Positions 39,302-48,233 of a stretch of 64,000 nucleotides of DNA are shown here, in pieces. The notes beneath the pieces were generated by a model. It ran no database searches and was not told the DNA's origin. It was given only the letters and a program-made list of their open reading frames with translations. The position numbers were made by a program, and so were the translations under genes. The first letter of the stretch is position 1; the number at the start of each line of letters is the position of its first letter. Origin of the DNA: an uncultured Pseudomonadota bacterium (lineage in GTDB: Bacteria > Pseudomonadota > Alphaproteobacteria > JACZXZ01). The DNA is taken from contig CAVVLJ010000016.1 of assembly GCA_963749075.1 (NCBI GenBank), positions 992,001 through 1,056,000 of the forward strand. The letters run 5' to 3'.

Positions 39302-40558
39302 ATGGGAGGAAAGGGGAGCGCCGGCCCGCTCGACGGCCTCAAGGTCGTTGAATTCGGCGTCGCCATGGCCGGTCCCTTCTGCGCCATGCTGCTCGCCGAC
39401 TATGGCGCCGGCGTGGTCAAGGTCGAGCGCGTCGGGGAGGGCGACGACAGCCGCGGCTGGCCGCCCTATTTCGCGGGTGCCTTGCCCTATTACTTCGCCG
39501 CCGCCAACCGCAACAAGCGCTCGATCGCCCTCGACCTCAAAAGTGCCAAGGGCCGCGCCATCGCCTGGCGGCTCGCCGCCGAGGCCGACGTGCTGATCGA
39601 CAACTACCGCGTGGGTGCGCTCGCCCGCGCCGGCCTCGGCTACGAGGCGCTTGCCGCCGCCAATCCGCGCCTCGTCTATTGCAGCATCAGCGGCTTCGGC
39701 GCCTCGGGCCCGCGCGCCGAGGAGCGCGCCAACGACCTCTTCATGCAGGCTTTTGCCGGCAGCATGAGCATCACCGGCGAGCCGGGCGGCGGGCCGGTCA
39801 AGATCGGCCCCTCGATAGCCGACATCGGCGCCGGGCTCTTCGCCGCGGTCGGCATCCTGATGGCGCTCGAGGCGCGGCACCGCAGCGGGCGCGGCCAGCG
39901 CGTCGAGACCTCGCTCCTCGAGGGCCAGCTCGCCATGCTCGCCTACCACCTCACCTATTACTTCGCCTCGGGCCGCGTACCGGAGCGCAGGGGCTCGGCG
40001 AGCCAGGTCAACGTCCCCTATCAGGCCTTCGCGACCGCGGACGACTGGGTGGTGATCGCCGCTTTCAACGAGCCCACGTGGCGCCGCTTCGCCGCCGCCG
40101 TCGGGCATCCCGCATGGGCCGACGACCCGCGCTTCCGCAGCGCCGACCGGCGCGAGGCGAGCCGCGAGCTCCTCGTCGGCATGATCGGGGAGGCGCTCGC
40201 CCAACTCCCGGCCGCCGAATGGGAGCGCCGTTTCAAGGCCGCGGGCGTGCCCTGCACCCGCGTCAACCGCATCGACCAAGTCGTCGAGGACGCCCAGGTC
40301 AGGGCGCGCGAGATGATCGCCGAGCTCGCGGTGCCGGGCGTAGGCTCCGTGCGCATGGCCGGGCTCCCCGTCAAGCTCGCGGCGACGCCCGGCCGCATCG
40401 CAGCCCCGCCTCCGCGGTTGGGCCAGCACACCGACGAAGTGCTGCAGGAGCTGGGCTTCAGCGGGACGGAGATTGCGGCTCTCGCGGCCAGCGGCGCGGT
40501 CGCCCTCGATCAGGGCTTCCGCGGCACCCGCGAGGCGCTCGCCGAGCCGCAGGCTTGA
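39302..40558 (+). CDS. Family III (CaiB/BaiF) CoA-transferase
   Basis: AGPFC, NRNKRSIALDLK, SGFGASGP, catalytic IAD motif, PPRLGQHT. Confidence 0.93.
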   Translation: MGGKGSAGPLDGLKVVEFGVAMAGPFCAMLLADYGAGVVKVERVGEGDDSRGWPPYFAGALPYYFAAANRNKRSIALDLKSAKGRAIAWRLAAEADVLIDNYRVGALARAGLGYEALAAANPRLVYCSISGFGASGPRAEERANDLFMQAFAGSMSITGEPGGGPVKIGPSIADIGAGLFAAVGILMALEARHRSGRGQRVETSLLEGQLAMLAYHLTYYFASGRVPERRGSASQVNVPYQAFATADDWVVIAAFNEPTWRRFAAAVGHPAWADDPRFRSADRREASRELLVGMIGEALAQLPAAEWERRFKAAGVPCTRVNRIDQVVEDAQVRAREMIAELAVPGVGSVRMAGLPVKLAATPGRIAAPPPRLGQHTDEVLQELGFSGTEIAALAASGAVALDQGFRGTREALAEPQA

Positions 40559-40618
40559 TGGCGCGGGCACGGAAAGCGGGTGTAAGATCGACGACGGACC
40601 AGGGCAAGGAGCGGTGCC

Positions 40619-41581
40619 ATGTCGGATCTTCCGAAGGCGGTGCGCATCAACGAGGAAGGCCCGCGCGAGGGCTTCCAGATCGAGAAGGGGCCGATCTCGA
40701 CCGCGCGCAAGATCGCGCTCATTGACGCGCTCTCCGAGACCGGCCTCAGGCAGATCCAGGTGGTCTCCTTCGTGAGCCCCAAGGCGGTGCCCCAGATGGC
40801 CGATGCCGAGGAGGTGGTGAAGGGCTTCGCCAGGAAGCCGGGCGTGCGCTATACCGCCCTTTGGCTCAACGACAAGGGCCTGGCCAGGGCGCTCGCCACG
40901 GGCCGCCTCGACGTCGACGGCTCGCTCTCGCTCACCGCGTCCGAGAAATTCCTCACGCGCAACCAGAACCGCACGCTCGCCGAGAACCTGGCGGCGCAGC
41001 ACAGCATCATCGGCATGTACAAGGAGAACGCCGTGCCGGTCGAGCGCGGCTCGGTCATGGCGGCCTTCGGCTGCAACTTCGAGGGCGACGTCCCGGTCGC
41101 GACCGTGCTCGGCATCATCGCCGAGATGCTCGAGGTGGCGGAGGAGCATCAGATCAAGATCAAGACGGTCACGCTCGCCGACACCATGGCCTGGGCCACG
41201 CCGCTCTCGATCAAGCGCCTCGTCGGCGCCGTGCGCGAGCGCTTTCCCGAGCTCAAGATCAACCTCCACCTCCACGACACGCGCGGCATGGGGATCGCCA
41301 ACGCCTATGCCGCCCTCGAGATGGGGGTCGAGAGCTTCGATGCCGCCGTCGCCGGACTCGGCGGCTGTCCCTTCGCGGCGCACGCGGGTGCCGCCGGCAA
41401 CGTCTGCACCGAGGACCTGGTATTTATGTGCGAGGAGATGGGCATCGCGACCGGCGTCGATCTCGAGAAGCTCATCGAGACGGCGCGCCTCGCCGAGGAC
41501 ATCGTCGGGCATCCGCTGCCGGGCTCGGTGATGAAGGGCGGCAGCCTCGCCCGCCTGCGCGCCGCCGTGGGAGCGCACTGA
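40619..41581 (+). CDS. HMG-CoA lyase-like (DRE-TIM) acyl-CoA lyase
   Basis: GPREGFQ, SFVSPKAVPQMAD, HLHDTRG, GLGGCPFA, GNVCTEDL motifs. Confidence 0.9.
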   Translation: MSDLPKAVRINEEGPREGFQIEKGPISTARKIALIDALSETGLRQIQVVSFVSPKAVPQMADAEEVVKGFARKPGVRYTALWLNDKGLARALATGRLDVDGSLSLTASEKFLTRNQNRTLAENLAAQHSIIGMYKENAVPVERGSVMAAFGCNFEGDVPVATVLGIIAEMLEVAEEHQIKIKTVTLADTMAWATPLSIKRLVGAVRERFPELKINLHLHDTRGMGIANAYAALEMGVESFDAAVAGLGGCPFAAHAGAAGNVCTEDLVFMCEEMGIATGVDLEKLIETARLAEDIVGHPLPGSVMKGGSLARLRAAVGAH

Positions 41582-41583
41582 CC

Positions 41584-42972
41584 ATGGCGCGCGCCGCTGC
41601 CAAAGCCGCCGGCACGCCGGGCACGAAGGCGCTCACGCGCGCTGCCGGCGAGTTCGTAGCAACTCTCGATTTTAGAGACCTTCCGGCGGAGGCGGTCGCC
41701 ATCGCGCGCACCGGCTTCATCGACTGCATCGGCACCATGATCGCCGGCAGCGTGGAGCCGCCGCCGCGGCTCTTGCGCCAGGTGCTGGCCGCCGATGGCC
41801 GGGCCGGAGAATCCTCGCTCTATCTCGGCCGCGAGCGCGCGCCGGCGCCCGAGGCCGCCTGGATCAACGGCACGGCGGCCCACGCGCTCGACTATGACGA
41901 CGTGGCCCAGCGCGGCCATCCGAGCACGGTCTTGGTACCTGCCCTCCTGGCCGAGGGCGAGGCGCTGGGTGCCTCGGGCCGCGACCTCATCGCAGGCTAT
42001 GCCGCCGGCTATGAGCTGTGGGCCGAGCTCGTCGGGCGCGAGAAAGACCAGCATCACGAGAAGGGCTGGCACCCGACGGGCATCTTCGGTGCGGTCGCGG
42101 CCGCGGCTGCCGTGGCGGCGCTGCGCCGCCTCGATCCCGCGAGCGCCGCCCATGCCATCGCCATCGGCGCCTCGCAGGCAGGCGGCCTGGTGGCCAATTT
42201 CGGCACCATGACGAAGCCCTTCCACGCCGGCCGCGCCGCCCACGCGGGCGTCATCGCGGCGCGCCTGGCCGCCGCCGGCTTCACCGCCTCGCCGGATGCC
42301 CTCGAGCACCCGCTCGGCTTCCTCGCGGCCACCTCACCCAAGGGCCGCGCCGAGCGCGAGAGGCCGAGCGCTCTCGGCACCACCTGGCGCCTCGCCAAGG
42401 ACGGTCTCAACATCAAAAAGTACCCCTGCTGCTACTGCACCCACCGCGCGCTCGACGCCATGCTGGACCTCTTGGCGCTGCATCCGACAGCGCCCGAGAG
42501 CATCGCGCGCATCACCGTCTCGCTGAGCAAGACCCACGCCCTCATCCTGCGCAACCACCGGCCGGATACGGGGCTCGCTGCCAAGTTCAGCATGGAGTTC
42601 GCCATGGCGGCAGCGGCCGTCGCCGGGCGCTGCGGCCTGGCCGAGCTAAGCGACGGCTTCGTGCAGCGCCGCGACGTGCAGGGGCTGATGGCGCGCGTCA
42701 CCCTCGAGCCCAACGAGAATTACGAGGCGGAAGAGGCGGGCGGTGCGATCTACGACCAGGTCTTCGTGCATCTCAAGGACGGCGTCGTGCTCAAGAGCGA
42801 GCAAGTGCGCCGCGCGCGCGGCCACGCGGAGCGCCCGCTCAAGACGGAGGAGCTGTGGCAGAAGTTCGCGGGCTGCCTCGAGGCCGCGGGCAGTAGCGCG
42901 CGCGCGTCCGAGCTCTTCGTGCGGCTCGAGAAGCTCGATGACCTCGCCTCGGTGCGCGAGCTTGCGGGGTAG
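41584..42972 (+). CDS. MmgE/PrpD family protein
   Basis: NGTAAHALDYDD, GHPS, GWHPT, KPFHAG, KKYPCC, AKFS motifs. Confidence 0.92.
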   Translation: MARAAAKAAGTPGTKALTRAAGEFVATLDFRDLPAEAVAIARTGFIDCIGTMIAGSVEPPPRLLRQVLAADGRAGESSLYLGRERAPAPEAAWINGTAAHALDYDDVAQRGHPSTVLVPALLAEGEALGASGRDLIAGYAAGYELWAELVGREKDQHHEKGWHPTGIFGAVAAAAAVAALRRLDPASAAHAIAIGASQAGGLVANFGTMTKPFHAGRAAHAGVIAARLAAAGFTASPDALEHPLGFLAATSPKGRAERERPSALGTTWRLAKDGLNIKKYPCCYCTHRALDAMLDLLALHPTAPESIARITVSLSKTHALILRNHRPDTGLAAKFSMEFAMAAAAVAGRCGLAELSDGFVQRRDVQGLMARVTLEPNENYEAEEAGGAIYDQVFVHLKDGVVLKSEQVRRARGHAERPLKTEELWQKFAGCLEAAGSSARASELFVRLEKLDDLASVRELAG

Positions 42973-42991
42973 GGCGGGCTGACGGTTGATA

Positions 42992-43038
42992 CCCCCACCC
43001 CAACCCTCCCCCTCAAGGGGGGAGGGTTGGGGTGGGGG
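42992..43038. repeat. REP-like family B, single perfect hairpin
   Basis: 21-bp perfect stem CCCCCACCCCAACCCTCCCCC / GGGGGAGGGTTGGGGTGGGGG with TCAAG loop. Confidence 0.9.
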
Positions 43039-43094
43039 GCGCACTTGCGTCCAAGAAAATTCGCACTGCGCGCGGGAGGACGGGGGTGGCGCAA

Positions 43095-44312
43095 ATGGAC
43101 ACCGAGAGCGAGGCGGGCGTAGCGGCCTATCGGCTGCCGCCGGCGATCCGCGAGTTCCGCGAGCTCGCGCGGCGCATCGTGCGCGATGAGCTCTTGCCGC
43201 TCGAGCGCGATTTTCTCCTGAGCTCCGGCCACGTCTACGGCATGGCGCCGATCAACAACCTGCGGCTCGCCCTGCCGTCCGAGACGGTGGAGCGGCTCGT
43301 CGCCCTCTCGCGCTCGACCGGGCTCTGGTACCTCATGGTGCCCGAGCGCTTCGGCGGCGCCGGCCTCGGCATGCTCGCCCAGTCGGTCGTCCTGGAAGAA
43401 TTCATGTATACGGCGGTGCCGTTCCCCTTCGCCAACGTCCCCAACATCCTCTACGAGTGCAAGGGCGCCCAGCTCGAGCGCTGGCTCATGCCCGTCATCG
43501 AGGGCGAGAAGACCACCTGCTTTGCCCAGACCGAGCCCGATGCCGGCTCGGACCCGGGCGGCATGATGAAGACGCGCGCGGTCAGGGACGGCGGCGGCTG
43601 GGTCATCAACGGCACCAAGATGTGGATCTCGAACGCCGCCGAATCCAACGTCATCATGGTGCAGGCGGTGACGGACCCCGAGAAGCGCCAGCGCGGCGGT
43701 ATCACCATGTTCCTCGTCGACCGCCGCAATCCCGGCGTCAAGATCGTGGAGCCGGGGCTCTCGACGTGGCTCGGGCCGCGCCCGGCTCAGTACCTCATCC
43801 ATTTCGACGACTGCCGCGTGGGCGAGGAGGACGTGCTCGGCGAGGTGGGGAGAGGCTTCTCCTTGGGCCAGCGCTGGCTCACCATCCACGACCGCCTGCA
43901 GCGCGGCGCTTACGCGCTCGGCAAGATGCAGCGCGCCCTCGACATGTCGATCGAGTGGGCGAAGCAGCGCGTCACCTTCGGCCGCCCCATCGCCGAGCGC
44001 CAGGCCATCCAGTGGAAGCTCGTCGACATGCACGTCGACATCACGGCGCTGCGCTCCATGAGCTACGAGATGTCGGCGCGGGCGGACGCCGGCGAGGACG
44101 TGCGCGGCGAGGCGGCGCTCGTCAAGATGTGCGCGGGCGACTGGGGTGCGCGCACCCTCGACCGCGCCATCCAGGTCCACGGCGCCATGGGCGAATCGAC
44201 CGAATTGCCGCTGACGCTCTTCTACCGCCTGCTTCGCCACGCCCAGATCGGCGGCGGCACCAGCGAGATCCAGCGCATGCTGATCGCGCGGCAGCTCTTA
44301 GGCAAGGCGTAG
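43095..44312 (+). CDS. Acyl-CoA dehydrogenase family protein (alternative GTG start at 43086)
   Basis: FAQTEPDAGSD, INGTKMWISNA, RVTFGRPI, QVHGAMG, GTSEIQR motifs. Confidence 0.93.
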   Translation: MDTESEAGVAAYRLPPAIREFRELARRIVRDELLPLERDFLLSSGHVYGMAPINNLRLALPSETVERLVALSRSTGLWYLMVPERFGGAGLGMLAQSVVLEEFMYTAVPFPFANVPNILYECKGAQLERWLMPVIEGEKTTCFAQTEPDAGSDPGGMMKTRAVRDGGGWVINGTKMWISNAAESNVIMVQAVTDPEKRQRGGITMFLVDRRNPGVKIVEPGLSTWLGPRPAQYLIHFDDCRVGEEDVLGEVGRGFSLGQRWLTIHDRLQRGAYALGKMQRALDMSIEWAKQRVTFGRPIAERQAIQWKLVDMHVDITALRSMSYEMSARADAGEDVRGEAALVKMCAGDWGARTLDRAIQVHGAMGESTELPLTLFYRLLRHAQIGGGTSEIQRMLIARQLLGKA

Positions 44313-44334
44313 AGACTTGCAGGACCGCCGCGGG

Positions 44335-44457
44335 TCCTTCGAGACGCGCCCCTTCGGGGCGCTCCTCAGGATGAGGAGATTTTGTGGATGGCAGAAAGAC
44401 CTTGCCCCCGGGACGAAGTGCCCGGGGGAGCGAGCGCAGCGAGCGTCTCGAAGGACG
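44335..44457. repeat. REP-like inverted pair, family A, between convergent genes
   Basis: tccttcgagacgcgccccttcggggcgctcctcaggatgagg plus degenerate inverted unit ending gcgtctcgaaggacg. Confidence 0.85.
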
Positions 44458-44505
44458 CGCCGGACTTGGACCGAGGCACTCTCGAGCCGTTGTGAAAATT
44501 TGGCG

Positions 44506-46035
44506 TCAGCGCTCGACGAGGCTCGGGTGCGCGCCGTCGAGAAGGCGGTAGCGCTCCAGCACGAGCGCGCGCACGCGGCTCCGCGGCACCTTGCCCTGCA
44601 TATTGCGCGGCAGGCTCTCGAGCGTGAGATAGCCGCGCGGGTGCTTGTATCTGGCGAGTCCCTCGACGGCGGCGCGCGCCCGCTCGGGCCAGTCGCCCGG
44701 CGCCTCTTCCGCCACCGCCACGATGACCTCGCCCCAGTACTCGGAGGGCAGCGAGATCACGCTCACCGTGCCGCCGGCGGCACTCGCCGCGAGCGCCACC
44801 TCGATCTCCTCGGGATGCACCTTGTAGCCGCCGGACTTGATCACGTCCGCGGTGCGGCCGACGAGGTGGAGGCGGCCGCGCTCGTCGAGGCGCCCGAGAT
44901 CGCCCGTGGCGTGGAAGTCGCCGTCGCCGATCGCATGGAAGCCCTGCTCGTCGATGTGGCCGACCAGCATGTGGCGGGCGCGCAGATGCACCTCGCCCGT
45001 CTCGCCCGCAGCGGCGGCGGCCCCGTCCTCGCCGCGGATCGCGATCTCGACGCCGGCGCCCGGCCAGCCGACGCAGAAGCCGCCGTCCTCGGGCTCGTTC
45101 ATGTAGTAGTCGTCGCACGCCTCGGGCAAGAGGGTGGCGATCGGGTTATTCACCTCGGACTTGCCGTAGGTGACGCGCACGACGGGTCCGAAAAGCGCCC
45201 GCGCGCGGCGGTAGAGGGCGGGCGTCAAGGGTGCCGTGCCGCAGAAGACCGTGCGGATGCCGGCGAAATGGCGGCCGTCGAAGGCGGCGGTGAGCTTGGC
45301 CAGCACGGTCGGCGGGGCGAAGATGTGATCGACGCCGCCCGCTGTGAGGATGGCCTCGACCCTCTCCACATCGACGCCGTCGAGAAGGGTCACCGCGGCA
45401 CCCCGGTCGAGGAAGCAGTAGCTCAAGAGCGAGGCGCCGTGGGGGAAGGGCGTCATGAGGAGGATGCGGTTCCCCGGCCCCGGCATGGTGGAGAGGCTCG
45501 CGCGCAGGAGGAGGGCGCCCAACCAGCGCCGCGCGTGGCTGGTGACGATCGCCTTGGGCCGGCCGGTGGTGCCCGAGGTGAAATTGATGCGGCCCCAGGC
45601 CTCTCCCGGTACGGGCAGGAAGCGGGAGAGGGGGAGCGCCTCTCGGGGCAGGCTCTCGACCGTGAGCACCTCGCAGCCGAGCGCGCGGAAGAGGCCCGCC
45701 TCCGCCTCGGTCGTCACTACGCAGCGCACGCCCGCGAGGGCGATGAAATGGCGCCGCTCCGCCGGGCCGAGCGCCGGGTTGAGCCCGGTCTCCGCGGCGC
45801 CGCTGAGCTTGACGCCGTAGCTCGCCCACACGGCGGGAATGCCATTGCGCAGGCATGTGGCGACCGGCTCGCCCGGGACCACGGCCATGTCCTCGAGCGC
45901 CGTAGCGAGCCGCGCCGCATCGGTCGCGAGCGTCCTGAAGTCGATTTCCGCGGCGCCGTCCGAGACGCACGGCAGCCCGGCGAAGGCGTCGGCCGCCGCT
46001 TGCAGATCATGGGCCCACGGGATGGTCGAGAGCAT
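44506..46035 (-). CDS. AMP-dependent acyl-CoA synthetase/ligase
   Basis: FTSGTTGRPK, YGKSE, TGDLG, GR...IKSGG, LPRNMQGKV motifs. Confidence 0.92.
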   Translation of the reverse strand: MLSTIPWAHDLQAAADAFAGLPCVSDGAAEIDFRTLATDAARLATALEDMAVVPGEPVATCLRNGIPAVWASYGVKLSGAAETGLNPALGPAERRHFIALAGVRCVVTTEAEAGLFRALGCEVLTVESLPREALPLSRFLPVPGEAWGRINFTSGTTGRPKAIVTSHARRWLGALLLRASLSTMPGPGNRILLMTPFPHGASLLSYCFLDRGAAVTLLDGVDVERVEAILTAGGVDHIFAPPTVLAKLTAAFDGRHFAGIRTVFCGTAPLTPALYRRARALFGPVVRVTYGKSEVNNPIATLLPEACDDYYMNEPEDGGFCVGWPGAGVEIAIRGEDGAAAAAGETGEVHLRARHMLVGHIDEQGFHAIGDGDFHATGDLGRLDERGRLHLVGRTADVIKSGGYKVHPEEIEVALAASAAGGTVSVISLPSEYWGEVIVAVAEEAPGDWPERARAAVEGLARYKHPRGYLTLESLPRNMQGKVPRSRVRALVLERYRLLDGAHPSLVER

Positions 46036-46083
46036 GCTGGATCGCGCCGGGCAGGACCGCTCGCCGCTACCCCTGCCGCCGTC

Positions 46084-46428
46084 TCAGGAGCCGCTCGAGA
46101 CGAGCGTGAGCTTGCGGGCGAACACGCTCAGCACCTCGGCGAGCGCCGGGCTGCGCTTCAAGGGGCAGGCGCCCTGGGCGACGAGATAGCTGGCGCGGCC
46201 CTCGCGGTCGGGCGCCCATTTGACGATTGTGAAGGCCGGGCCCTCGAGCCGGTTGCGGAAGACGAGGAAGCGCGCCCGCAGGCTGTCGTGCTGGATGGCG
46301 TAATCGCGCCATTCGCCGTCGGCCACGCGCCGGCTGTAGATCTGGAGAAGCTGGTTGAGTTCCTGGCGGGTGAAATGCACAAAGCTGCGTCGACGCTTGA
46401 AGTCGTCGAGCCGGACCAGCTTCGCCAT
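46084..46428 (-). CDS. DUF2794 family protein
   Basis: F-x-R-x-ELNQLLQIYSRRVADGEWRDYAI motif. Confidence 0.85.
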   Translation of the reverse strand: MAKLVRLDDFKRRRSFVHFTRQELNQLLQIYSRRVADGEWRDYAIQHDSLRARFLVFRNRLEGPAFTIVKWAPDREGRASYLVAQGACPLKRSPALAEVLSVFARKLTLVSSGS

Positions 46429-46599
46429 GAGCAACGCCTCCCTGTCGGCCACCCTTTATCCTGGCAAAGGCCTAGTTTTCCCCATTTCCGCCGGGGAGTC
46501 CAGCTTGCCCCGGCCATATCCCCCGGAGCCCGCCATCGACCGCGCCGCAGCGGGCGGATAGGATCGCGGCTCTACCCATCTCGATGGCGGGGGCGGGCG

Positions 46600-47418
46600 A
46601 TGTTCTCACTGGCGGGAAAAGTCTGCGTGGTGACGGGAGCGAGCCGCGGCCTCGGGCGCGCCATGGCGCTCGCCTTTGCCGATCAGGGCGCCGACGTGGT
46701 CGTTGCCGCGCGCAGCGGACCTGAGCTCAAGGCGCTGGCGCGCGAGATCGAGCTCAAGGGCCGGCGCGCGCTCGCTCTCGAGACGGACGTGACCGATCTG
46801 CGCCAGCTCGAGTCGCTCGCCGGCCGAACTGCCACGCACTTCGGCCGCCTCGACGTGTGGGTCAATAACGCGGGCGGCTTCACCTCGGAGCCCGGCGGCA
46901 TGAGCGAGTGGCTCGAAGTCAGCGAGCGCGGCTGGGAGGCGATGATCCGTCTCAACCTCACCGCCCAGGTCTTCGGCGCCCAGGCCGCCGCGCGCGCCAT
47001 GCGCGAGGCCGGCAACGGCGGGCTCATCCTCTTCCTGAGCTCGATCGATAGCCTCTATGCGGCACCCGGCGGCGAGGGCATCTATGCCGCGTGCAAGGCG
47101 GCGCTCAACAGCATCACCCAGTCGATGGCGATCGAGCTCGGCCAGTACGGCATCCGGGTCAACGCGCTGGCGCCCGCCATCGTCGAGACGCCGCTCACCG
47201 CACCCTGGCTCGCGAGTGAGGCCGCGCGCCGCGAGCGCGCCCAATTCTACCCGCTCCGCCGCATCGGCACGCCGGCGGACGTGGCGGCGGCAGCGGTCTA
47301 TTTCGCCTCCGACGAGGCGGCCTGGGTGTCGGGTGCGGTGCTGCTGATCTCGGGCGGCGCCGTGATGACGAGCGACCCCTACCGCTATCTCCTCCGCGTC
47401 AACCGCGATCTCGCGTAG
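46600..47418 (+). CDS. Short-chain dehydrogenase/reductase
   Basis: TGASRGLG, NNAG, YAACK, RVNALAP motifs. Confidence 0.93.
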   Translation: MFSLAGKVCVVTGASRGLGRAMALAFADQGADVVVAARSGPELKALAREIELKGRRALALETDVTDLRQLESLAGRTATHFGRLDVWVNNAGGFTSEPGGMSEWLEVSERGWEAMIRLNLTAQVFGAQAAARAMREAGNGGLILFLSSIDSLYAAPGGEGIYAACKAALNSITQSMAIELGQYGIRVNALAPAIVETPLTAPWLASEAARRERAQFYPLRRIGTPADVAAAAVYFASDEAAWVSGAVLLISGGAVMTSDPYRYLLRVNRDLA

Positions 47419-47426
47419 CGCCCCCC

Positions 47427-48233
47427 TTACCCCGTGTGGTCGGGCGCCTGGGAGCGGCGGGAGAGCTCGACGCCGACGAGCACGAGCACGGCGACCAGCG
47501 TCAGCAGGCTCGAGATGGCGGTGAGCGTCGGGTCGATCTCGAAGCGGATCGTCTCCCACATGCGCTTGGGCAGCGTCGTGGCATCGGGTCCGCCGAGGAA
47601 GATCGCGATGACGACCTCGTCGAAGGAGATGAGGAAGGCGAAGGCGGCACCGGCCAGCACGGCGGGCCTGATGGCGGGGAGCGTCACGTGCCAGAGTGCG
47701 CGCCAATAGCCGGCGCCGAGGCTGCGCGCGGCGAGCTCCATCGCGGGATCGCTCACGCGCAGCGCGGCGAGCACGATGACGATGACGAGCGGCGTCGCGA
47801 TCACCGTATGGCCGAGGCAGATGGCGAGCGGCGTGCCGAGGAGGTGATAGCCCGAGAAGAGGAAATAGAGCCCGAGCGCCATGACGATGACCGGCACCAC
47901 CATCGGCGAGACGAAGAAGAGCTCGAGGCTGCGCTTGGCGCGAAAATGCCCGCGCGCGATGCCGATCGCCGCCGCGGTGCCCAACGTCGTCGCCGCCGCC
48001 ATGACGATGAGGGCCACGCGCAGGCTCAAGAGCGCCGAGTCGAGCCAATTGGCCGAGGCGAAGAAATTGACGTACCAGCGCAGCGAGAGGCGGCGCGGCG
48101 GAAATTCCATGTAGGGCGTGTCGTTGAACGAGGTGACGACGATCACGAGGATGGGTGCCACGAGGAAGACGACCAGGAGAATGCAGAAGGCCCACAGCAC
48201 GAGTCGGCCGGGCTGGGTGCGCGCGGCCGTCAC
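47427..48233 (-). CDS. ABC transporter permease, PotC-like
   Basis: ELAARSLGA EAA loop, FLISFDEVVIA, TLPKRMW; GTG start overlaps upstream stop. Confidence 0.92.
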   Translation of the reverse strand: MTAARTQPGRLVLWAFCILLVVFLVAPILVIVVTSFNDTPYMEFPPRRLSLRWYVNFFASANWLDSALLSLRVALIVMAAATTLGTAAAIGIARGHFRAKRSLELFFVSPMVVPVIVMALGLYFLFSGYHLLGTPLAICLGHTVIATPLVIVIVLAALRVSDPAMELAARSLGAGYWRALWHVTLPAIRPAVLAGAAFAFLISFDEVVIAIFLGGPDATTLPKRMWETIRFEIDPTLTAISSLLTLVAVLVLVGVELSRRSQAPDHTG

